Source: Candidatus Falkowbacteria bacterium
GTDB lineage: Bacteria; Patescibacteriota; Patescibacteriia; CAIXNZ01
Assembly (NCBI GenBank): GCA_963774955.1
Contig: CAVZGV010000004.1
Span: 195,522 to 259,521 of the forward strand
DNA length: 64,000 nucleotides
Reading direction: 5' to 3'
Part shown: in pieces, positions 55,933-64,000 of the stretch
Layout of the letters: every line of letters starts with the position of its first letter
How positions within the stretch are numbered: the first letter of the stretch is position 1
The notes under the pieces: generated by a model
Database searches by the model: none
The model's input: the letters and a program-made list of their open reading frames with translations, nothing else
What the model was told of the DNA's origin: nothing
Made by a program: the position numbers and the translations under genes

Positions 55933-56200
55933 AATTTGGATTTTGATCGATTTTACTTTGGTTCCAACTTATATAAAGGGCATTAAAGGGGAAATCTGCA
56001 ATTAAAACCGGGGAAATTGTTTCATTTTGGCTTATATTAGCAGAAATAAAAAATGAACCATTTTTAGCAGGTTCACTGATAATCATTTGGCCCATTTTAG
56101 TTTCAGTATTTGGTTGTGCATAAGCTAAAACAAACGCTAGCAGGGCAGAGCCGAAAATAACTAAAATTAGCACTAATTTGGTTTTAATTTGATACTTCAT
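55904..56200 (-). CDS. Signal-peptide-bearing N-terminal segment. It is probably the true 5' part of the amidase gene, separated by a frameshift at a T6 run.
   Basis: 'MKYQIKTKLVLILVIFGSALLAFVLAYAQ' signal peptide. Ends inside the amidase frame near 'cgttttttgaatg'. Confidence 0.35.
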   Translation of the reverse strand: MKYQIKTKLVLILVIFGSALLAFVLAYAQPNTETKMGQMIISEPAKNGSFFISANISQNETISPVLIADFPFNALYISWNQSKIDQNPNFELVCSFFE

Positions 56201-56351
56201 TTTGTTTTTTTATTTTTATTTTTGTCTAAATTAGGCTTAATTTAGCTTAATTCTATAATCATTATAGCAAATTTTTTGGACTTTGTAAAGGGGTATGTTG
56301 CTTTTACGGCTAAAGTTACTGCGGAAAGTTATGAGTTACCAGTGTTGGGGG

Positions 56352-56630
56352 CGTTCGTTTGGAATCCAATTCCTACGTAATTTTAGCTTAATTAATAACT
56401 TGAGAGTTTTCCCTAGGGAATTGGATTCCGAATGAAGATTATGACGTTCGTTTGGAATCCAATTCCTACGTAATTTTAGCTTAATTAATAACTTGAGAGT
56501 TTTCCCTAGGGAATTGGATTCCGAATGAAGATTATGACGTTCGTTTGGAATCCAATTCCCTCGTAATTTTAGCTTAAATCATAACCTGAGCATTTTCCTA
56601 TAGGGGATTGGATTCCGAATTCAGTTTTCA
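56352..56630. repeat. Tandem direct repeat, 3 x 93 bp. Each unit holds a 13-bp perfect inverted repeat GGAATCCAATTCC ... GGAATTGGATTCC.
   Basis: Units begin at about 56352, 56445 and 56538. The first two are identical and the third is degenerate. The repeat is intergenic, between the amidase and flippase genes. Confidence 0.7.
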
Positions 56631-56708
56631 GTCTCATTATTTTCGCTAATTAACAATAAAAAACACTCCTCTGGAAGCGTTTTTTTAGGTTAATTTCTTT
56701 AATTTTAA

Positions 56709-58163
56709 TTATGGTTCGGCTTCAATTTTGGGTTGTTCTGGCTCACTTTTTAGCTTTACAATTTCGAGAATCAGATTTTTATCTATGCCCTTTAATAGAT
56801 ATAAAACTCCCAGATAAATAACGCCGGCAAAGAATAATTGCAGAATTACATTCAAGTCAGTGATAAAGTGCAGACTAACACACATGATCAAGGTTGCCAA
56901 AATAATTTTTGGTAAAATTTTTAACGAGGGGACTTGCCCGGTTGTTTTGGTAACGACAATAAAATTCACGGTAAAAATAAAGGCTTCAGAAATGATGGTA
57001 AAGACTGCGGCGCCCCAATAGCCGTAAATCGGGATAGTAATAATGTAACCGGCTAAAGCAACAATGGCGTTAATTATATAAAATTTGACCATCTGGGTTT
57101 GTTTGTCCAAGACAACAATGGTATAGCCGTAGATGGAATTGATAAAAATAATAGCTGTGGCAATAATCAAAATTTTCAAGATGTCTCCGGAAACAGCAAA
57201 GTCAGGGCCGGCAATCAAGGTCATCAATTTCCCGGCTACAAAAAAAGTGCCAAAGGTCATGGGCACGGTAACAATTAAAAGCAGATCAAAGATTTTTTGA
57301 AAAAATTCTTTAAATTTTTCTAAGTTTTTGGTCGTCCAGTATACGGTTAATAACGGCATGACAATACCCATGAACATAAAAATAAAATTAACCAGGATTT
57401 CCAGCACCCGGTAAGGCGCATTATAAATTCCGACTTCAGCCTGAGTGCGAACCAGAGAGAGGATTAAAGTGTCGGCCTTGAAGTAGACCAGATTAAAGGC
57501 AATGCAGAGGGCAAGCGGCCAGGTTACCTTGAGAATTTTTTTCCACTCGGGCCAGTTAAATGTAAATTTGATTTTGACATAGCGTAAAGCAAAAATATAA
57601 TTGATCAGAAAATTTATCAAACTGCCCAGAACAACCGCCCCCATAATGGCCAAGAGTCCATAATTCAAATATGCAAAAATTGCGGTTAGGACCAGGAGGA
57701 TTGCGCGTCCGACAATTTCCGCGATGGTTACAGCGACCATCTTTAATTCTTTTTGGTACAGGCTGATTAATATTTGGTTTAAAGCTGAAAAGAAAAAAGA
57801 TGCCGTAGTGACTGCGATGCCGATTTTGACCAGATTATCATAGGGAAAGAAAATAACAACCAGGGGAGCGATGCCCAGAAAAATCAGAGCTGAAAAAAAT
57901 CTTAAAGTAAATAAGTTATTAAAAGTTTCCTGCTGATTATTTTGCGGATCGGAAATTAAACGCAAGACAGCAACGGACAAACCCATATCGACCAGAATGG
58001 CAAAAAATTGCAGGTAGGCCGTAATCGTTGAATACTGGCCAAAGCCGATCTGGCCCAGATAGCGGGCCATGATAGCAATGGTTAAGACACCTAAAAAAGT
58101 GCCGACTATTTTGCCGGAAAATTGGATCATGGTACTATGGGCGATTTTACGGGTTAGGGACAT
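56709..58163 (-). CDS. Wzx-like oligosaccharide/polysaccharide flippase (MOP superfamily)
   Basis: 484 aa, 12-14 transmembrane helices, 'polysaccharide biosynthesis protein' pattern. Confidence 0.65.
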   Translation of the reverse strand: MSLTRKIAHSTMIQFSGKIVGTFLGVLTIAIMARYLGQIGFGQYSTITAYLQFFAILVDMGLSVAVLRLISDPQNNQQETFNNLFTLRFFSALIFLGIAPLVVIFFPYDNLVKIGIAVTTASFFFSALNQILISLYQKELKMVAVTIAEIVGRAILLVLTAIFAYLNYGLLAIMGAVVLGSLINFLINYIFALRYVKIKFTFNWPEWKKILKVTWPLALCIAFNLVYFKADTLILSLVRTQAEVGIYNAPYRVLEILVNFIFMFMGIVMPLLTVYWTTKNLEKFKEFFQKIFDLLLIVTVPMTFGTFFVAGKLMTLIAGPDFAVSGDILKILIIATAIIFINSIYGYTIVVLDKQTQMVKFYIINAIVALAGYIITIPIYGYWGAAVFTIISEAFIFTVNFIVVTKTTGQVPSLKILPKIILATLIMCVSLHFITDLNVILQLFFAGVIYLGVLYLLKGIDKNLILEIVKLKSEPEQPKIEAEP

Positions 58164-58598
58164 AGGAGAAGGGTAAAAAGAGAAAGAGGGGTAAGGGTGG
58201 TAAGAAGGGTTAATTTTATTGCTCCAGTCTGAAGGACAGCAACCGTTTTCGTTCTTTCACTTATCATACCAAAATTTTTACTTTTTTAACATCATTTTAC
58301 TGAAAGTCAGTAGCCTAAAAACAGGTCGAATTTTCAAGACTCAATCTGAATTAGTCTTTGTAATTAGCCAAAATTTGCTGAGTAAAATTTTTGAACAAAA
58401 ACCCCAAAATCATTGACCAAATGTGAAAAAAATGATATAATAGATTATACAAGATCAAAAAAGTATTTGCTACGGTTTGGGCAGAACTAAATTCAACCGC
58501 CTTTGATACGTTAAGGCGCTATGGCGGATGGAGTAGTCCCCTGACTAAGGTAAATTTAAAAATTGACTTGTGAAAAATAAAAAACAAAAATAAAAATT

Positions 58599-60773
58599 AT
58601 GAAAAATCTATTTAATCTTTCCTTAGGCTGGAAAGAAGTCCAAATACATAATCGAGCTATGATGCGTAAAAAGTCGCAAATCGACTTTTGGTTAAGCATA
58701 ATCATAGCTTTTTTAATTATATTCGTCATTACCCAATTGCTCTCAAAGGTGGATTTATATATCCGTTCACCGTTGGAAAGGAGTTTGTCATTATTAAGCC
58801 CATTGCAAATTAATAATGCCTCAGCTGCGACTGAAGAAGCTTTGAAAATGATACAGTCTCAGGATTATTTACAGCTCAAACCCGGGGCCAGCACTGAATT
58901 TACAGTCGGTTATAAAAATACCGGCAGTTTAACCTGGAAACAAAACGGCAGCGGCAAGGTTGATATTCGCCGTAAAGATACCTACGCCTTAGTCTTTAAA
59001 GCGGACTTGCAGGTTAATGAGAATAAACCCGGAGAAATCGGCTACTATAAAATGAAATTAACAGCCCCGACTAAAGAGGGCAGCTATAAATATAAATTTT
59101 TATTGGTTCGTGACGGCTCTAAAGTTTTAACAGGTAGTGATTTGGATATTGTTATTGTAGTTACCAATTCAGCAACTGCCGTTACCAATACCGTAGCCGT
59201 TAACAATATTATTACGACTCAGCCTGCTCCGATTATTACAGCCGTAGCCACCAACCAGGAGGCTTTAAAATTAGTTCAGTCAGAGACTAACTTGCAAATG
59301 AAACCAGGTTCAGTGTCTGAGTTTACAGTCGGTTATAAAAATAACGGTCAAGCAATCTGGAAACAAAGTGCTAGCGGTAAAGTTGATCTGCGACGCCAGG
59401 ATTCCAAGACAATGGCGTATAAGGCTTCATTATCGACCAAAGAGAATAAACCCGGTGAAATCGGTTATTATAGTATGAAATTGTATGCACCGACCTCTGA
59501 AGGTACTTATACTTTCAAGTATGTTTTGGTTCGTGATGAGAAAACCATTTTAAGCGGCAGTGAATTAACTTTAGTTATTAAGGTAACCAAAAATCCTGTT
59601 CAGCCGCAACTGGCGGTCAATTCCAACACTCAGCCTGCGACGGCAGTAACTTCAAATGTTACTACCAAGCCCATGGGTTTGGCTGAAATATGTTTGAGTT
59701 TTGGCAAAGCTAACTTTAAGGCCGCTACTATTGATAAGCTTTTGGCTGATGAATGTTTGAAAATCGGCATTAAAGTTACAGACGAAGGCACTTCTTATAT
59801 TAATTTAAATACTCAACCAGTAGCGCAAACCGCTACTTATCCCGCTGTTCAGCCAACTCCGATCCCGACTCCGACTCCAACACCAACTCCGACAACAGCT
59901 AACGGACCGATGCTTCGTGTAGGCTTATACTCCACAACCGAGCCGATTATTATCACTGCAAATGCTGATTATAAAATTTTAGACCAGAATAAAAATATTT
60001 TAGCATCTGTACCTGCCGGAATTTCAGCCACAGTCCAATTTAACTTTGCCTCAAAAACTTATTCCTTTACCGCCAACAGTACCAGCTCAGCCTCCAGCTC
60101 TTATCTTAGATTTGAAAGCGCCAATAGCGGAAATGTCTTTGAAATAGTCTCATTAAATCAAAGACCGGCCTGGAATCAGACCCTGAATGACAATAAATAT
60201 CTGGGCACGCTGGAAATCCGTTATGCAGCGGCAACTTCCAAATTATGGGTAATTAATGAAATCGAACTGGAAAGCTATTTAAAAGGTCTGGCGGAAACTT
60301 CCAATTCTTCGCCCATGGAATATCAAAAGGCTTTGATTACAGCCGCTCGTACTTATGCCATGTACCATTATAACCGCGGGACCAAGCATGCAGCTGAAAA
60401 TTACACAATTGACGCGACCTATGATCAGGTTTATAAAGGGTATAATTCCCAGATTCGGTTGACACAGGTTAGCCAGGCAGTTGAAGCCACAAGAGGTCAG
60501 GTAGTGACTTATAATGGTGTAGTCGTGGTCACTCCATATTTCTCTTACTCTGACGGCTGGACCAGAAATTGGGAAGATGTCTGGGGTGGTGCTTCTATAG
60601 CCTGGTGCCGTTCAGTCAAAGAACCGGCTGATTATGACAAGACAACCATGTACGGTCATGGTGTCGGTATGTCAGCTCATGGGGCTTTGCATCTGGCCGC
60701 CAATTACAATTATACATTTGATCAGATTTTGAAGTATTATTATACCGGTATTGCTGTGCAAAAAATTTATTAA
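58599..60773 (+). CDS. Secreted SpoIID/LytB-domain protein with two N-terminal ~115 aa beta-sandwich repeats
   Basis: C-terminal 'AARTYAMYHY...YKGYNS...VVVTPYFSYSDGWTRN...MSAHGA' (SpoIID/LytB). Internal repeats 'LKPGASTEFTVGYKNTGSLTWKQ...NKPGEIGYY' occur twice. Pro/Thr linker 'PTPIPTPTPTPTPT'. Confidence 0.65.
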   Translation: MKNLFNLSLGWKEVQIHNRAMMRKKSQIDFWLSIIIAFLIIFVITQLLSKVDLYIRSPLERSLSLLSPLQINNASAATEEALKMIQSQDYLQLKPGASTEFTVGYKNTGSLTWKQNGSGKVDIRRKDTYALVFKADLQVNENKPGEIGYYKMKLTAPTKEGSYKYKFLLVRDGSKVLTGSDLDIVIVVTNSATAVTNTVAVNNIITTQPAPIITAVATNQEALKLVQSETNLQMKPGSVSEFTVGYKNNGQAIWKQSASGKVDLRRQDSKTMAYKASLSTKENKPGEIGYYSMKLYAPTSEGTYTFKYVLVRDEKTILSGSELTLVIKVTKNPVQPQLAVNSNTQPATAVTSNVTTKPMGLAEICLSFGKANFKAATIDKLLADECLKIGIKVTDEGTSYINLNTQPVAQTATYPAVQPTPIPTPTPTPTPTTANGPMLRVGLYSTTEPIIITANADYKILDQNKNILASVPAGISATVQFNFASKTYSFTANSTSSASSSYLRFESANSGNVFEIVSLNQRPAWNQTLNDNKYLGTLEIRYAAATSKLWVINEIELESYLKGLAETSNSSPMEYQKALITAARTYAMYHYNRGTKHAAENYTIDATYDQVYKGYNSQIRLTQVSQAVEATRGQVVTYNGVVVVTPYFSYSDGWTRNWEDVWGGASIAWCRSVKEPADYDKTTMYGHGVGMSAHGALHLAANYNYTFDQILKYYYTGIAVQKIY

Positions 60774-61037
60774 TTAAATATAAATAATAAAACGTATGCC
60801 AAGATTTTCATTTGAAAGAGGTGATTCTGATGCCGAGAAACCGCAAACTATTAAGCCGGATGAAATTAAAAAAAAGCCGAGGCAGAATATGACGCTGGAA
60901 GAGATTGAGAGCTTGGTTAGAGCAGAATTATATAATCAAGATAACCAAAAATGAAATTAATTTAAAATTTAATTCTAAATCTGCTAGTTTAAATAAAAAA
61001 GAGTCTCGTCTTACGGGGCTCTTTTTATTTGGTTATT

Positions 61038-61619
61038 TTATTCTGCAGCTTGTTTTTTTTCTTTGATTTCGGCAAAGACCCTGTCGTCAAAGTTTTTTTC
61101 GTGTTTTTCAATCAGGTTGTTTAAGATGCGTACAATTTCAAAGGGATTATCCACCTGGCGGAAAAGGAAACGCTGAATTTCACCGGCAGTCTGGACATGG
61201 ACATCACCGTAAGAAAATAAAGATGGCCAAAAGCCTTTTTGGAGGCCGGTTACATCCTGAATCCTCTCCAGGCTATGTTCAGATATTTCGCGGTTAAATA
61301 AACCGCGCTGTTCAATATTTATAATTCTTTGGTCAGTAACTATCCAGACATCCAGAAAATAATCTATAAAAGTATTCAAAAAGAAAAGCATGACAAATAA
61401 ATAATAAAGACTGCCCAAAAGCAGTAAAAACGAATATGGAGCTGCCAGACTGATAATCGTGAAGAAATTTGCGTATAAATAAAAATATACTCCAACAGGG
61501 ATAAATATTATAACTACAAGCAGAGCCCAGCGGCCGGCTAAAGCCACGGGATGACGACGTAAAAACAGCACAAGTTTTTCACCTTTTTGTCTGTTGGGGA
61601 TGGATTTTTCGATATACAT
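61038..61619 (-). CDS. Membrane protein with a bacterial PH domain (YdbT/bPH_2-like)
   Basis: Two transmembrane helices followed by 'VWIVTDQRIINIEQRGLFNREISEHSLERIQDV'. Confidence 0.5.
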   Translation of the reverse strand: MYIEKSIPNRQKGEKLVLFLRRHPVALAGRWALLVVIIFIPVGVYFYLYANFFTIISLAAPYSFLLLLGSLYYLFVMLFFLNTFIDYFLDVWIVTDQRIINIEQRGLFNREISEHSLERIQDVTGLQKGFWPSLFSYGDVHVQTAGEIQRFLFRQVDNPFEIVRILNNLIEKHEKNFDDRVFAEIKEKKQAAE

Positions 61620-61667
61620 ATATAATAACTAATAATTTACAACTAAGAACTAAAAACTATGGAAGAT

Positions 61668-61892
61668 TTAAAATACCAGGGTTTGCGACCAGTCAATTTG
61701 GGAACCGAGTTTGTAGGTAATAAATAAAATTAAAACCACGCCGGCCAAAAAGATAAAGGTTACAAAAAAACTGCTAAAGCTTAAAAAGCCGTAATTAAAT
61801 AAATGGACAAGATTAAAAATAGCAAAGACAATAAATCCTGCCAAAGCAAGGCCGTAAATGATGAGTAAGACGTAAAGGGAAATTTCGATCAT
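61668..61892 (-). CDS. Small two-TM membrane protein (74 aa)
   Basis: Entirely hydrophobic. Adjacent to the bPH gene. Confidence 0.3.
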   Translation of the reverse strand: MIEISLYVLLIIYGLALAGFIVFAIFNLVHLFNYGFLSFSSFFVTFIFLAGVVLILFITYKLGSQIDWSQTLVF

Positions 61893-61951
61893 GTGATATT
61901 AAGGCTATATTAGGTTATATAAAGTTTTTTGAGGTTATATAAGGTTGCTTG

Positions 61952-62983
61952 TTAGAATAAAGCGCTTGAATTATCAGTAACCGGTTTCATGCCTAAATGT
62001 TCGTAACCCAACTTGGTTACGGTGCGGCCGCGGGGAGTGCGGGATAAAAAGCCCAGTTGCATTAGAAATGGTTCATAAATATCTTCAATCGTATCCATTT
62101 CTTCCCCAATGGCTGCGGCCAGCGTATTTAAGCCGACCGGACCGCCGGAAAATTTTTCAGCGATTACTAATAGGATTTTGCGGTCAATTTCATCCAGACC
62201 AAGATGATCAATATCCAGTTTAGCCAAAGCGTCATTAGCCAGTACTAAGTTAATTTTACCATTTCCTTTGACCTGAGCAAAGTCGCGTACGCGTTTGAGC
62301 AGTCGGTTGGCAATGCGTGGGGTCTTGCGACTGCGGCTGGCAATCTGCTGGGAGGCTGGTTCATCTATTTCAATGTCCAGAATTTGGGCGGCGCGTTCAA
62401 TAATTTTTTGAATATCTTCGTCCTTATAAAAATCTAAACGGAAATTAACCCCAAAGCGGTCGCGCAGGGGAGAGGAAATCAAGCTGACTCTGGTCGTGGC
62501 GCCGATTAAAGTAAATTTAGGCAGATCTAAACGTAAAATTCTGGCGCTGGGGCCTTTACCAATGACAATATCCAAAGCAAAATCTTCCATGGCCGGGTAA
62601 AGGATTTCTTCAATGACTTTATTTAAACGATGAATTTCATCAATGAATAAAATATCGCCATTGGCCAGATTAGTTAAAATCGCGGCCAGATCCCCGGTTT
62701 TTTCAATGGCCGGCCCGGAAGTGATTTTAATATTGGATCCCATTTCATTGGCAATAATATGAGCCAGTGTTGTTTTGCCCAAGCCGGGACAGCCGTGTAA
62801 AAGTACATGTTCAATCGGTTCATTCCTCTTTTTAGCCGCAGCCATAAAAATAGACAAGTTGTCCTTGACCTTGTCCTGACCAATATATTCCCCAAGCTTT
62901 TTCGGTCGTAATGATTTTTCAAAGGCAACTTCGTCAGGGGATTCTTTGGTCGAAATTATGCGATTTTTATCGTCTTTAGTCAT
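61952..62983 (-). CDS. ruvB: Holliday-junction branch-migration helicase RuvB
   Basis: '[14 protein letters not shown]' Walker A, '[10 protein letters not shown]' Walker B, and the C-terminal winged helix. Confidence 0.9.
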   Translation of the reverse strand: MTKDDKNRIISTKESPDEVAFEKSLRPKKLGEYIGQDKVKDNLSIFMAAAKKRNEPIEHVLLHGCPGLGKTTLAHIIANEMGSNIKITSGPAIEKTGDLAAILTNLANGDILFIDEIHRLNKVIEEILYPAMEDFALDIVIGKGPSARILRLDLPKFTLIGATTRVSLISSPLRDRFGVNFRLDFYKDEDIQKIIERAAQILDIEIDEPASQQIASRSRKTPRIANRLLKRVRDFAQVKGNGKINLVLANDALAKLDIDHLGLDEIDRKILLVIAEKFSGGPVGLNTLAAAIGEEMDTIEDIYEPFLMQLGFLSRTPRGRTVTKLGYEHLGMKPVTDNSSALF

Positions 62984-63067
62984 AATCTTATTGTTATCTT
63001 AACGGTTTTGAGAGGAAAAAACAAGTTGTCTCGCGTGCTGGTAGCATTAATAAATTACCCACGTCCC

Positions 63068-63101
63068 CACGTAGGCGCCACAAGCTTGTGGCGCCTACGT
63101 G
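63068..63101. terminator. Copy 3 of the palindromic element, a perfect 34-bp palindrome CACGTAGGCGCCACAAGCTTGTGGCGCCTACGTG
   Basis: Lies between ruvB and the upstream minus-strand gene. Both arms are identical. Confidence 0.5.
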
Positions 63102-63173
63102 GAGGCTATTCTCTATATTTCGTATTAAATAAAAAACCGGGCAAGCAGTTGCTTGCCCGGTTGCGTCGGCGGG

Positions 63174-64000
63174 TTACCTAGTGACAGTGACCCAAGCCAG
63201 AGCATTCGTGGTTACCGAGGCAGGAATTGGGTTGTTCTCCAGAAGTGGAGTGTTAAACCCGATCGGCATCAGATAAGCCCTGATTTCAGGCGCATTGGTG
63301 TCACCGGTTCCGGTGGTGACATTGTTGGTCCACCAGCCGTCCGGATAAATCATGGTGTCTGGTTCTTCCCAGGTCGGCTTGTTGTACCAGCCTGAGCCGG
63401 TGTAAATGAAGATGATGACTTTAGTTTCACCCGGTTTGACATGACTGACCTGACCTTGCAGCCAGGCAGTACTGCCTTTGGGCGGAACATAAGTAAAGAC
63501 AATACTGGGTGTGCCCGGACCGTTAACGAGGTTATCACCAGACCAGTTGTCGGCAACAGTCTCCCCGTCAAAAACCGATTGCATCCCGGGTTTCATTTCT
63601 CCGGTTTCTTCCCAGATCCCCCAGCTTTTACCCTGAACGCCCTCGTCGTAAAATTTCCAGAGCTCATCGTAGGCTTCAAAGTAGAAATAATTTATGTTTT
63701 CAGCCCGAGCCCAGGAAATAAAGTTTTTGAAATAAGCAGCCGCGTTGGCCGGAGAAGGGATGGCCTTGATTTTTGTTTCACCTGCGCTGGGCCAGCCGAT
63801 TTCACCGATAATCACGTCTTTACCAAACTGGGTTTTCATCTTGTAGTAAACCTGCTTGGTATAATAGACTGCGTATTTCAGGTCAATACCTTCCCAATAA
63901 GGATAGATGTTGCAGAAGACCAAGTCTGATTCAGTCACCAGTTCCGGGTGTTTGCGCAGGATATTGTAGGTATCAGAGTAAACAACCGGAATTTCCGGTG
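63174..64000 (-). CDS. Glycoside hydrolase, clan GH-A (GH17-like beta-1,3-glucanase-like). The 5' end lies beyond the window.
   Basis: 'VIIGEIGWPSAG' (GH17-type nucleophile motif E-x-G-W-P-S). The frame is open to the window edge. Confidence 0.45.
   Translation of the reverse strand, partial: PEIPVVYSDTYNILRKHPELVTESDLVFCNIYPYWEGIDLKYAVYYTKQVYYKMKTQFGKDVIIGEIGWPSAGETKIKAIPSPANAAAYFKNFISWARAENINYFYFEAYDELWKFYDEGVQGKSWGIWEETGEMKPGMQSVFDGETVADNWSGDNLVNGPGTPSIVFTYVPPKGSTAWLQGQVSHVKPGETKVIIFIYTGSGWYNKPTWEEPDTMIYPDGWWTNNVTTGTGDTNAPEIRAYLMPIGFNTPLLENNPIPASVTTNALAWVTVTR

Noticed and set aside
56352-56630. Possible CRISPR array
   Set aside because: The 93-bp repeat units are contiguous with no unique spacers. 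The repeat is far longer than CRISPR repeats. There are no cas genes in the window.
58440-58560. Possible tRNA or riboswitch in the mildly G+C-rich stretch upstream of the SpoIID gene
   Set aside because: No tRNA cloverleaf anchors (T-loop GTTCGAATC-like, or a matching acceptor stem) and no recognizable riboswitch consensus were seen by eye. It is left unannotated.
1-64000. Alternative genetic code (UGA recoding, as in some CPR lineages)
   Set aside because: Genes end at TGA, TAA or TAG at positions matching where their paralogs end. Reading through TGA at the 14746 break does not restore the family sequence. Standard code 11 fits.

Overview
This is an AT-rich, gene-dense window from a small-genome bacterium that looks like a Candidate Phyla Radiation (Patescibacteria) organism. 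It appears to use the standard code 11, with TGA as a stop, and it begins at the replication origin (dnaA, an oriC-like spacer, then dnaN). No tRNA or rRNA genes, CRISPR arrays, transposases or integrases were found.

The backbone carries housekeeping and envelope genes: a PolB-like exonuclease, an M20 peptidase, GT4, GT2 and GT-C glycosyltransferases, class A PBP1A, a TrmB-like regulator, ruvC, yebC, ruvB, galU, a solute-binding protein, a Wzx-like flippase, a peptidoglycan amidase and a SpoIID/LytB protein.

Three regions stand out.

1. About 9.7-27.5 kb is a tightly packed, same-strand array of nine paralogous genes. Seven are intact and two have decayed into frameshifted fragments. Each ends in a PEP-utilizing-enzyme 'swivel' phosphohistidine domain (GG-I-T-C/S-H-AAI-V-SRE) and has a divergent ~300-450 aa helical N-terminal domain. 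One copy is fused to an XRE-type HTH. The array ends with two histidine-phosphatase (PGAM/SixA-like) genes, an HExxH protein and a stand-alone PPDK_N-type ATP-grasp protein that has no swivel domain of its own. Together this looks like a split, multi-substrate rifampin-phosphotransferase/PEP-synthase-like dikinase system, which I believe is undescribed.

2. About 47.0-51.4 kb holds eight tandem paralogous small secreted proteins. Each has a signal peptide, a variable segment and a two-transmembrane core resembling VirB2/TrbC conjugative pilins. Two carry Cys-rich or Pro/Thr-rich extensions.

3. Two G+C-richer insertions flank ruvC, at about 31.4-35.2 kb and 36.0-38.6 kb. They are built from repeated cassettes (terminator hairpin, a conserved ~75 bp block, then a small gene), contain an orphan hicA, and include duplicated small-protein families.

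Other notable items are a 34-bp palindromic terminator family, a 3 x 93 bp tandem repeat with 13-bp inverted arms, a G+C-rich horizontally acquired lipoprotein gene with a perfect sigma70 promoter, and a frameshifted amidase gene.
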